Positions 37,890 to 49,357 of a DNA stretch of 64,000 nucleotides are shown here, one piece after another. The position numbers were made by a program, and so were the translations under genes. Numbering within the stretch: the first letter of the stretch is position 1; each line of letters starts with the position of its first letter. The notes under the pieces are model-generated. The model did no database searches, was not told where the DNA came from, and worked only from the letters and a program-made list of their open reading frames with translations. Source of the stretch: Octopus vulgaris (lineage: Eukaryota); assembly GCA_951406725.2 (NCBI GenBank), contig OX597823.1, positions 117,180,001 through 117,244,000 on the forward strand. The letters are read 5' to 3'.

Positions 37890-39519
37890 CAGTTGCGGCC
37901 AAAATGTTCAGAACGGCATTGTTTTCGTCAGAAAAGTAGTTATAAGTTTTTATCAAAGTTGTTTTATATTCTATAATTTTCACAAACAATAACCACGATA
38001 TTATTTGTTATTGCCTGAGATTTTGGTGTAATTTGAGAGGATAATAAAAAAGTTATGGATGATTTAGTGATTTACTGCAAAACCCATGGCGGCCAAAATG
38101 ATCAGAACAGTTGCTTTTACTCCATGTTTTAATATATTTAGCTGTTGAACTCTAATGTTTTGAATTTGTTTAAGTGACAGTTCATTTACTAAACATTAGT
38201 AAGAATATCTGCAGTGTACTTTGTTAATATAATGCCACTTACTCCATTACCAAATCGTCAGCAGATTATTAAGCTTCGAAGGAAGGATAATTTAAGTATT
38301 AGGTCTATTGCAAAGATTGTTAACAAGTCAAAAAGTGTTGTTCACAGTATTCTTAAGGTCTACGATGATTGTGCTTCGTGTGAAGCAAGAAAGTATACAG
38401 GTAGGCCAAGAAAAACGACCAAGAAAGAAGGTCGTGCTATGGTAAAGTTGGTTAAAAAGGACAGATTTAAAACTGCTGCTGCTGTTTTTCGGGAAATGAG
38501 CATTGTACTGAAGAAAACTTTATCTCGAAAAACTGTGTCTCATCATTTAGTTGAACATGACCTACAAGCAAGATCACCTGCAGTGAAGCCACTGATCAGC
38601 TCCAAGAATAAAAAGTGTCGTCTTACCTTTGCAACCGAACATGTGTTGTGGTCTCAAGAAAAATGGCAAACGGTGCATTTCAGTGATGAATCTAAGTCTA
38701 TGTTATTTGGCTCAGATGGAAAAAGGTATGTTCATCGAAAAGCAGGTGAAAAATTGTCACCTAAATGCCTTAAAACTAGTGTTAAATACGGTGGAGGAAG
38801 TGTCATGGTTTGGGGAATGATATCTGGAGATGTTGTGGGCCCTTTGCTGCGATTACATGGAAAGGTAAATGCAGGAGTTTATAAACAACTTGTAAAAGAT
38901 CATGTCTTGCCTGTGCTGAGAAATTCAACTAAGCGACCACCCATATTCATGCAGGACAATGCCCCATGTCACAAGGCTAAGGTGGTCATGAACTTCCTCA
39001 AGGCTGAAAAGGTTATTGTTATGGATTGGCCTGCTCAAAGCCCAGATCTCAATCCTATTGAAAATGTGTGGAATATTCTAGGAGAACGTTTGAAAGCCAG
39101 AAATCCTAAAACAACCGAGCAATTATGGAATGCCCTTCAGGAAGAATGGAATAAGATCACCCAGCAAGAAATTGAAAATTTAATTTCCCCATGCAGTCAA
39201 AAATGTCAAACTTTGATTGGCGCTAAAGGGCTTCACACTAAATATGAAATAATTCCAGCATTCTCTGTCACTTTTTGATTATTTTGTTATTTTTTCAACC
39301 GTTCTGATTATTTTGGCCACCATGGGTTTTGCAGTAAATCACTATATCATTTATAACTTTTGTATTATCCTCTCCAATTACACCAAAATCTCAGACAATA
39401 CCAATTAATACTGTATTTATTGTCTGTGAAAATTATAGAATATAAAACAACTTTAATAAAAACTTATACCTACTTTTCTGACGAAAACAATGCCGTTCTG
39501 AACATTTTGGCCGCAACTG
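37890..39519 (+). mobile_element. Full-length Tc1 transposon with IR/DR-type ~220-bp TIRs
   Basis: TA-cagttgcggcc...ggccgcaactg-TA; TIRs ~37890-38108 / ~39300-39519; outer DR gcggccaaaatgttcagaac and inner DR gcggccaaaatgatcagaac. Confidence 0.97.
38232..39278 (+). CDS. Tc1-family DD34E transposase (uninterrupted ORF)
   Basis: ATG at 38232; HTH, GRPRK, FSDES, QDNAPCH, SPDLNPIE with 34 residues counted between D2 and E. Confidence 0.93.
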   Translation: MPLTPLPNRQQIIKLRRKDNLSIRSIAKIVNKSKSVVHSILKVYDDCASCEARKYTGRPRKTTKKEGRAMVKLVKKDRFKTAAAVFREMSIVLKKTLSRKTVSHHLVEHDLQARSPAVKPLISSKNKKCRLTFATEHVLWSQEKWQTVHFSDESKSMLFGSDGKRYVHRKAGEKLSPKCLKTSVKYGGGSVMVWGMISGDVVGPLLRLHGKVNAGVYKQLVKDHVLPVLRNSTKRPPIFMQDNAPCHKAKVVMNFLKAEKVIVMDWPAQSPDLNPIENVWNILGERLKARNPKTTEQLWNALQEEWNKITQQEIENLISPCSQKCQTLIGAKGLHTKYEIIPAFSVTF

Positions 39520-40809
39520 TATATGTATGTATATATGTATATATACACGCACATATATATACATACATATATGTGTGTGTGTGTGTATGTGTGTGTGGAG
39601 ATGGATGGATGTAAGTATGTATATCTTCACTATACACTCTCTAGCTGCAATTTCCTGTCATAGAACAATTCTTATATACAGTCTTTACTCTAACTTGAAC
39701 TTATAACTATCTAATTAGTGTTCTTCTTGAACATGCTTCAACCATCCATTCTAATAAGCTAATCAAACACCACTTTTATATAATTTATTTATCTAAAATA
39801 CACAAAACTATCAACTCCTCTCTCTCAGACAAATATTTCCCCAGTTTCATTCAACTTCTTCACTATATTCTCAGGATTTACGAACTTCCAGCAATTAATA
39901 TCATAGCAAAGAAAAAATAAGGAGAAATCAACATCAAATGAGGTTAAATAATCCGATCGTTAAATTTTAATTCTGACAAGATTGAGATTTTTGTTATAAA
40001 ATGTATTTTGTTTGTTTTTGAATAAATTTTAATCACTTTCAGAGATTAACTGTTCAAAACAAACAAGATTTCTTAAGACATCATTGATGCTTTCTCAACA
40101 AAAAGAAAAATGTTGAATTATTTAAAATGAAGAATAAACTCAGTGGTTAGTTTAGATGCTTGATGTTAAGAAGATGTCAGCTCAATTCCTCCATAGATAG
40201 AGCTAACATTGTGGGGATGAAGGTCTGTGCATCCTAGTTAGCATGAATGGGATCTATAGGAGTGGGGAGAATGATATCACTGATGAGAGGAAGGGATGGA
40301 GAGTCAAGTGGTGTGATCGTAGGTGGAGGTGGCACAAAAACCAATCAGATCTAAGGGACAGAGTCTACAATATTGGGTGTTGAAAAGGCAGAGTGAGGAG
40401 ACAGAGGGTGAGTGCACTCTCAAGTTCAAACAAACACTGAAACAGGTGTAAAGGATATTTTAAGGAAACTAAACATAAGCTTTGTGCTAATTCCTGGACT
40501 AATGTTTCCATAATGAAATACTAGAGTTATTATCAATAAATTTTGGGGCCTCATCTTATCAATGAGGTCCTTATGTGATAATTACCGTCCCATGTCTCGT
40601 TTAGTCAATTGGAAACTCTCACTCAGTCTCTTTATTCATATTTGACTCAAGAAAAATAGAAATAAACTTAGTTTATACAACAATATATGACAGTTTGTGC
40701 AACTACATTTTTGAGGGAAATGGCCTTTCTCAATGTGTAAAAAATAAGTTGGTAGAAATTCTATATGATGTATTTAATCTAAACTAGAGAGACACAAAAA
40801 ATGCAAGGG

Positions 40810-41395
40810 TATCGCAAGCAGGTTAACAGAGAAAGAAGTCTTTGCATGTGGAAGATGCACAGAAGCAATAAACATTAAGTAAATTTTCTCAAATGCCTAT
40901 CAGGACTCTTAGAGCAAATTGATGGCATCTGATCCCTAGGTGAACCACTTAGCAATGGAAGAGGATGTTCTGAAACTAGAGTAGCTAGAATAAGAATAGG
41001 CTGGAGAAAGTTCAGAGATTATTGCCTTTTAGTAACAAATGTTTCTCTTTTAGATTGTGAAAATCAGCAAAATATGGAACTAACTTGCTCAGTTGGATGT
41101 GCAACCTTCATGTACATTAACAACAATGCACAAATATGCTGAGAGTAAAACTGAACTGAAGAAGAATCAGATGTGGTGTACAAAAGAGAAGACAGTGTTA
41201 GTATGGATATGTGATGCTTTTGGATGAGAACAGTTGTATAAAGAAATGTCAGTTCATAAAATGGTTTGTGGAAGGGAAATTTACAGGAAGACATGTGACA
41301 AAGTAGTGAATGCCGACATCAGGATTTTGAACCTCGTGGAGGAGATAATAAAGTCCAAAGATGACTGATGATATGCAGTGCTCAAGAAGATCCAC
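40810..41395 (+). pseudogene. Decayed RTE LINE fragment
   Basis: VARIRIGWRKFR and RKTCDKVV motifs, homologous to the RTE at 2880-3845. Confidence 0.6.
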
Positions 41396-41994
41396 TCATC
41401 ACAATAAATGTAGAGTTTTGGAAGTATAGTGTGTATACAGACGAGTTGGCTCCTTGCCCAGTTTGTTCTTGTCATGCCTTCACCACCTCCTCATCTCTGT
41501 ACTATTGATCCTTCCATCATCCAATTACTGCAATATTCTGCTGCTGTAATCAAGTGAAAGCAGAATTACATATTTCATCATTCTTTTCTGTGCTGTCAGT
41601 TATCTCCTCCACAACCCAGGATCATTTCCCTTCACATTCATCCTTCATTCACAACATTGTACCTCTCCACTCACATTTTACATTGATCACCCTTCTATGC
41701 TTCCAATTACGTTCCCTTCTCCTCCAAACTGCTTCTTGCTGACTCATCTTGTCACCACTCACCTCTTCATCTCCTCACCTATTACATCTCTCAATCTCCC
41801 TTACACCATGTCTTTCACTTAATTCACACTTTATGTTTCTCTTTCACACAATGAAAAAGAGAAATAATTGTATTGCAAATTAATAATTTGAGTTTCATTA
41901 ATGAATTTACTTGTGCTAATAGAAGAAATTAATTCTTTATACTTTTGATGAAGAAAGGACATCACCCATATCAATGGCACACTTGATTATAAAA

Positions 41995-42220
41995 GTAACA
42001 TGCAGTGATGAACATCGCACATCATGTTAAATGTCACACATGATGCTAAATGTTACATGTGGTAATGTGACACATAGTGTTCAATGTTACACAAGTAGAT
42101 GTCACATGTTTTGATAAAATATCACCCATAGTGATGAATGTGACGCATGATGAGTGTCCCACATGGTGATTTAATACTTGGTGATAAATGTCATACATGG
42201 TTATGTCATGCATCATGGCT
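41995..42220. repeat. Degenerate ~20-bp minisatellite (tgatgaatgtcacacatgg-like)
   Basis: Recurrent atgtcacaca/atgttaca units. Confidence 0.6.
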
Positions 42221-44009
42221 TATGATGAGTCTCTGTCTGCTTCCCACAATCATGCTATGAAAGCAATCTAAATTTCACATATTTTACAATTTATTTTATA
42301 TTCTATGTTCATACTTTATTTCACAAAATTCTAAGTCGAATTCAAAACTTAAGCCATATTCCAACTTCCTAATTAACAGGAAATTATTTCCACTTTAATT
42401 TATCATTTTCTCAATTCTGTCTTTGATCAATGTATCAAGGATCATTTCAGTCTTTGATCCATTCAACGATCCAGTTGACAAGCTAATTCTATGTCGAGGA
42501 TCTTTCTTCTCATTTGATAATTATCAAAGAATCAATTTAACTTATTCTCTTGTTTGGATTCTGGGACAAAGAAATTAAATGAAGCGAATTTGTTATAATT
42601 TATACCATAAGGAAGTTTGTTGTTAATGGAAAGCTTAGAAGATAGGGTGATAAGGCAAGTACACTTTAAAGTGATGTAATTTAATCTAGAATGCAGAGTG
42701 GAAATTGATAGAAGCTGAACAACTAGAAATGTGGTTGATAAATTAGATTGCAACTAACCAGGGAATTCACTAGAAATAATTTTAGGGGAATAATGAATGG
42801 TGGTTAATTTTGTGATAGGGTAGGATTATCTAAGATAAAAAGAACTTGGTGCAATTAATTTAGGCATAATATAAGAGTACTTGGAGAGTTGAGACTAGAC
42901 ATAATAAAAGAGTACTTGATGTGATGAAGTTAGACATAACAACAGATTTATAAGTGGTGACTGATGATTATCTAAGGCAGAAATAAGGTTAGACAAATCA
43001 AGTGTGAGATAACTAGATGTGACTTGAGGTATTTAAACATTGAATTCGATTGTAGTCAAAACAGGGATTACAACAGCAGATCTAGAGTGATGAAGGAAAT
43101 TAGAAGTGGTGGTTTACGACAGATTTAGTGGTGTTTTATCATAGAGCTAGAGGAGGAAGATAAGTGATAGTTTATCATAGCTGGAGAAGAGGAAGAGAAG
43201 TAGGTGGTTTATGGAGAATGAAATGAAGTGGCATTGTAATACAGCAAGAGTTCAAGTAACATGATGGAAAGAATAAGAAGACATCATTTCAAATATAAAT
43301 ATATTTACTGCAGATACACAGTTATGTTCTCTGATAATGTACCCCAGAAGATTTAGTCTTTGTCAAAAGACAGGTCAGCTGGTTGTCTGGCCACTCTCAA
43401 TATATTGGGTTCTGAATGACCCCTTAGGTCTTCATCTCCATAAACAAGCTAAATTTCAGATCAGCAGAAACCCCTTCCTTCTTTAGGATGTTGACTACAA
43501 CCAAAAATCACAAATATGAAGTGAAATATCTCAATTACAAATTGAACTTGATTCACAAATCAGATGGTGAAGAGTTTAAGATCATTTTGCATCGTATACA
43601 TGCCACAAATATATTGAAGCTAAAATATAGTTGTAATTAAATTATATACATCCATGATATAATTTGCCACATTCAATGTTGTGTGATTAACAAGTTTATT
43701 TTGTATCTACATGGTTATGAATTTGATACCGTTATGAGATGCTTTGGGTAATTTTCTTCTTAGTGTCAGCTGAAACCTTCTGGGCAATTTTACTGAAGAA
43801 ATCTACATAGAAGCCCAATTAGAGAGATTGTTCTCATTTTGGAATAGCAGATATAATGCATTTGTAAGCTTAAATCCACCAATTGACTTTTGGGTACCAA
43901 CTCTTTTGCAAGAATTCAGATTAGGTTTCTGAACTGAAGATAAATGTGCTTCCTTCCATGCATCAGTCTCAGTGGTCCTGAAAAGGGATCATGAGAGCAC
44001 TGTTCTTCT

Positions 44010-44230
44010 CATCATCATCATCATCATCATCATCATCAACATCATCATTATCATTTAATGTCTGCTTACCATGCAAGCATTGGTTGGAAGGCTACTCAGG
44101 AACTGGTGAGTCAGAGGACTGTGCCAAACTCTGTCTGCTTTGGTATTGTTTCCTTGGATGGATGTCATTCCTAATGCTACTCACATGACAGAGTGTACCT
44201 GGGTACTTTTTACATGACACCAGTACCAGC
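44010..44230 (-). mobile_element. RTE 3'UTR fragment
   Basis: (CAT)n-ttaatgtctgc..ccatgcaagcat. Confidence 0.6.
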
Positions 44231-44384
44231 AGGATCACCAAATAACTTAAGTCATCAGGAAATAGACCAGTATTAAATAAATACAACTGGTCTGAGATGT
44301 TAAATTTATTGTACAACCATCTTTGGTAGCAAATATTTTTGAAATCACAAATTTGCAGAAGAATTACTTTTTATGGGTTTCCTT

Positions 44385-44608
44385 TTACTCTTTTATTCTT
44401 TTACTTGTTTCAGTCATTTGACTGTGGCCATGCTGGAGCACCGCTTTTAGTCAAGCAAATCAACCCCAGGACTTATTCTTTGTAAACCTAGTACTTATTC
44501 TATCGGTTTCTTTTTGCCAAACTGCTAAGTTACAGCGACGTAAACACACCAGCATCAGTTGTGAAGCGATGTTGGGGAGGGGGGGAAAACACAGACACAT
44601 AAACATAT

Positions 44609-44655
<47 letters not shown>

Positions 44656-44822
44656 TATGATGGGCTTCTTTCAGTTTCCATCTACTAAATGACACTCACA
44701 AGGCTTTGGTCAATCTGAGGCTATAGTAGGAGACACTTGACCAAGGTGCCATGCAATGGGACTCAACCCAGAACCATGTGATTGGTAAACAAGCTACTTA
44801 CCACATAGCCACTCCTGCACCT
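44385..44822 (-). mobile_element. SINE family A, full length
   Basis: Head, core, central (TA)n and tail. Confidence 0.9.
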
Positions 44823-44824
44823 AG

Positions 44825-45028
44825 CAGGCAGAAACATTAGCACACTGGGTGAAGTGCTTAGCGGTATTTTGTGTCTTTACGTTCTGCATTCAAAATTCCA
44901 CCGAGTCAACTTTGCCTTTCATCTTTCTGGTGTCAACAAATTAAGTACCAGTTGCGTACTGGGGTTAATCTAATTGACTTGGCCCCCTCCCCAAAACTTT
45001 CGGGCCTTGTGCCTAGAGTAGAAAAGAA
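44825..45028 (+). mobile_element. SINE family B, head-to-head with family A copy
   Basis: Family B core and tail. Confidence 0.85.
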
Positions 45029-45280
45029 TTTAAATGGTAAGGATTTTTGTCTGAAAAAAGGGTTCAATGTAGCTGCATTGATGAAATATGAAGCCCTGAT
45101 CTCTCAGCCAGAAGGTCAACACCTTGTATTCTCCCTCATTGTGTCAATACAGAACAGTTCTACCTCTACAATAAACAGCAGTGACCAGAGAAAAATGATT
45201 ATGGAAGATGTATTAAAGCAATAATGGACCCTTAATCATTGCCACATCTATCAACAATGGGATGAACTAGCAACACATGT

Positions 45281-45355
45281 GAAGGTCTCTTGCCTCCTCA
45301 ATCAACAATGTATCTTGAAGGCTTCTTGCCTCCTCAATCAACAACATATCTTGAA
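45281..45355. repeat. ~36-bp tandem duplication
   Basis: gaagg..tcttgcctcctcaatcaacaa..tatcttgaa twice. Confidence 0.85.
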
Positions 45356-46309
45356 TGTAGCTTTTATCTTCTCCATCAAACTGGAAACAATTTTACTGCC
45401 TTTCAGTTTCTTTGTTTCATTTTGAGTCACCACAAGCCTGTAACTATTCCAATAGAACACGATACCTTTTATGACAAGAAACCACAAATTTGCTTCAGAG
45501 GAAGTGAAAGAAAAAAAACAGCTAAACTAACTGAAATGAAAATAAAGGAACCCTTTCCGCACCAAAAAACAAAAACGGAAGCAAATCTAGTGTTGGTTTA
45601 ATCGGACAGTATAAGCATTCATTGGAATCAGTGAGAGAGGAATGCTCGTCCTTGATTCCTAATGGAGGTGAAAAGTTGTTTGCACTGTCCATCTATAACC
45701 TCTGGTAAGTTAAATGAGATCAAGACACAGCGGCATTATCTATGACAGAGATAAATAGGGACCATTGAATGGCATAGGCTTGAGAAATTAGCAAGATTGA
45801 CATAATAAATATCAATAGTTATTGATTCATATTCATTCTTTAGCTAGGCTGTGTGTTCACTGATGCAGAAACCAAAGGAAGTCCATTCAGTGAGGTTTCC
45901 ATTTACCGATTCATTTATGTGAGGGTTTTTTTTTCTTCTTTTATCTTCCCTCTCACCACTTTTTTTTCTCTCTATGAAATACAAGGACGTTGTATATCCA
46001 TGTTATAGAATATCATTATGTATAGTTACTGAGGTGAAGAGAAGTTGTTATGAAATAAAGAAGAGGTGAATGGAATTAAGTGTCTTGGAGATGATAACCA
46101 AACCAATTTGGTCAGTGTAACCAACGGAACTGGAAATAAGGTTCATCATAAAATATCCATATGTATATGTAGTGCTCTGTCAGTATGTGTGTGTGTGCAT
46201 CTATGCATATGTGTGATGCTGTGTGTATTTGTATGTGGCACTGTAAATTTATATATGTGTGTGTGAGAGAGAGGAATTATATATACGAAAGAATAAGTAC
46301 GGTATATAT

Positions 46310-46520
46310 TGGTTTCAAATTTTGGTGCAATGTTAGCAATTTTGGGGGACACAGGTAAATCGATTACATTGACCCCAGTGCTTGACTGGTCCTTATTTTA
46401 GCAACCCAGAAAGAATAAAAGGCAAAGTCGACCTCAGCAGATTTGAACTCAGAACATAATAAATGGACAAAATGCCACTAAGCATTTCACCCAGCATGCT
46501 AATAATTCTGTCAGCTCCTC
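46310..46520 (-). mobile_element. SINE family B
   Basis: Family B core. Confidence 0.8.
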
Positions 46521-46664
46521 ATCGTGAAGTAAGCTATAGATTCACACACACACACACTCACACACACACACACACATGCATGCACACACACATATACACA
46601 CAACTTGCTTACATGTGTACATATATTTAGGTTTGTTTGTGCATGTGTGTATGCTTCTATATAT

Positions 46665-46756
46665 ATTTCTTTACTACCCACAAGGGGCTAAACACAGAGG
46701 GGACAAACAAGGACAGACAAAGGGATTAAGTCGACTACATCGACCCCAGTGCATGC
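46665..46756 (-). mobile_element. 5'-truncated SINE B flanked by a 69-bp direct duplication
   Basis: 46596-46664 = 46757-46825 with 1 mismatch. Confidence 0.85.
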
Positions 46757-46899
46757 ACACACAACTTGCTTACATGTGTACATATACTTAGGTTTGTTTG
46801 TGCATGTGTGTATGCTTCTATATATCATTCATATCATTCACACATGCTCTATATGTCCATTTACAGAAACATATATTCATAAACAAACACATATATACA

Positions 46900-46967
<68 letters not shown>

Positions 46968-47067
46968 TTTGCAGAGAGAGAGAGACAGTAATATATATAC
47001 AGGCTGTCATATACAATCATTGAAAAGAGACAAATAGGTGTGTGTATGTATATATATATATGTGTGC

Positions 47068-47109
<42 letters not shown>

Positions 47110-47157
47110 CTGTATGTATTTATTTATGTATGTATGTATGTGTGTGTATATATATTC

Positions 47158-47210
<53 letters not shown>

Positions 47211-47876
47211 CTGAACTTGTATCATCTATAGACAACCTTCTAGAATCTCTAAAACAAGACTCAGTGCTGCTAGCGTTGTTGTTGATGTTGTTGATGTTGT
47301 GCAGCTCATTAGCACTTTGTATTATAAATTCTCAACCAAATCTAAACTGAAGGTTACAGTTCCTATTTATATTGTCAAATCGCTACTAATTCTGTCATAA
47401 CAATTTATAATAGAAATCCTGTACGGAATTAGAATTATTGTCAACAAAGCAGAAATAATACAAAGAGCTATCATTAATGCAGTAAGTGCATAAACCTGGT
47501 GTTTTGAGTTCAAATCTTACTATTGGTAGCATTACTAGAGAGACTTATCTTACCTCTGTTTTGGGTTAGATAATTGCCATCACAATCAAAGCATTCTCTA
47601 CAGGGTCTCTTAATCTGCTAGAAATAACAACTAAATACCCCATATAATTCAACACCCTTATATCTTAAAAGAAAGAGATATTGAATAATGTGGTTCTCAA
47701 TGTAGAAAGATGTAAAAAAATAGAATGTGATGGTCACTGGTGGAATACTCATGATTAAAGGTCTGCTGGTTGTGTTCTAACCTGGCACTTAACAACAATA
47801 TCCATTCTTTATTCAATTTGTGTGTGTGTGTGTGTAAATGTATGTGTATATCATCATCATTTAGCGTCCGCTTTCC

Positions 47877-47916
47877 ATACCGACGGTATCAGGGCATGCC
47901 CTGATGCCGTCGGTAT
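47877..47916. repeat. 40-bp GC-rich spacerless palindrome
   Basis: ataccgacggtatcagggca|tgccctgatgccgtcggtat, 1 mismatch. Confidence 0.9.
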
Positions 47917-48476
47917 CTACATATCAAATTTGAGTGCAATTGGATGGAGGATGTCCGAAATCCTAGAAGCCACACACACACACAGAACAGATTTTATATA
48001 AGAAATGGTCTGTGTATCAATCTTATCCCAAGTTGTAGCTGGACCCTCAATTCTCTTGACAATAGGGCCTTATGCATATCACAGAGTTTCTACCAACAAT
48101 ACATCAATGAAGATGACTCCATAAGTATTACTCATTTTGACAAAGGAATTTTATTTACTACAACTTTCGTTTTCAACTACACTCATTCATTAAAACTCCT
48201 CCTAAATTTCCCTTCTCCACTCAGTCCATGCAAAAGTTCTTAAATCTATTTCGTCCTCAATTGGTGGCAGTATCCTCTTCATGCTCATCAAACAGTTTAC
48301 ATTTAAGTTACATCATAGCCATATAAAACTCTTCAATCTTTTCAACTCTTCATGAATATCTTCAGAGAATAGAGGTTGGTAAAGAGATGATTGAACTGGT
48401 GGTTGGGATGGCATTTAGAGAATGGTAAACACAGCAGTAGCAGACGAACTTAGAGGAATGGTGACCAGATATATAA

Positions 48477-48689
48477 TCTTTTCTACTCTAGGCATAGAGC
48501 CTGAAATTTTTTTAGGGGAGGCAGTCGATTAGATCGACCCCACTATGCAACTGGTACTTAATTTATCGACTCTGAAACGATGAAAGGCAAAGTTGACCTT
48601 AGCAGATTTTGAACTCAGAACATAAGGACAGACAAAATACTGCTAAGCATTTCACTCAGCGTGCAAACATTTCTGCCAGCTCACCGCCT
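48477..48689 (-). mobile_element. SINE family B
   Basis: Family B core; cagatatataat on both flanks. Confidence 0.85.
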
Positions 48690-48788
48690 TTCATCAGATA
48701 TATAATATCCCTTGTATTTTATCTAAATGTCTTTCTATAATATTGAGTTATCTTTCTTATAACATTTCTCTCTCTCTCTCTCTCTCTC

Positions 48789-48825
<37 letters not shown>

Positions 48826-48930
48826 TAAGGCAGTGAGCTGGCAGAAACATTAGCACGCCAGGCAAAATACTTAGCGATATTTTGTTTGTCTTTATGTTCT
48901 GAGTTCAAATTCCACCAAGGTTAACTTTTC

Positions 48931-49266
48931 TATATTTTAGAGAAGAGGAATTATGTACATTATTTACACTTGACGGATATTTGTTCTCATCTTGTTTGTT
49001 GTTAACACACATGGGCATATGGCGTAGTGGTTAAGAGTGCAGGCTACTAAACCCAAGATTCCGTGTTTGATTCCAAGCAGTGACCTCAGCAATAATAATA
49101 ATAATAATAATAATAATGATAACATCAAAAAATACCTTAGGAATGAGAACCCAGGTTCAAAATTTCCCAAGACACCTGATGAAGGCTGGAGGGTATATCA
49201 GCTGAAACGTTGTGTTAACAACAAACAAGATGAGGACAAATATCCATCAATTGTTAGTAATGTACA
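48931..49266 (+). mobile_element. tRNA-headed, hammerhead-bearing non-autonomous retroelement with inverted terminal duplication
   Basis: A-box tggcgtagtgg 49020-49030, B-box gtttgattcc 49065-49074, (AAT)n, hammerhead 49171-49216, inverted arms 48954-49009 / 49211-49266. Confidence 0.75.
49171..49216 (+). ncRNA. Minimal type I hammerhead ribozyme (predicted)
   Basis: Stem I gacac/gtgtt; CUGAUGA plus extra A; stem II ggctgg/tcagct; GAAA; palindromic ACGU stem III; GUU triplet, cut predicted after 49211. Confidence 0.7.
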
Positions 49267-49324
49267 ATTGCTTTTCTTCCTTTCGGGGTTGATAAATTAA
49301 GTACCAGTTGCGTATAAATATATG

Positions 49325-49357
<33 letters not shown>

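Larger units (their letters stand above)
48827..49314 (+). mobile_element. SINE family B interrupted by the 48931-49266 element
   Basis: Core breaks at aacttttc and resumes at ttgcttttcttcctttcgggg. Confidence 0.8.
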
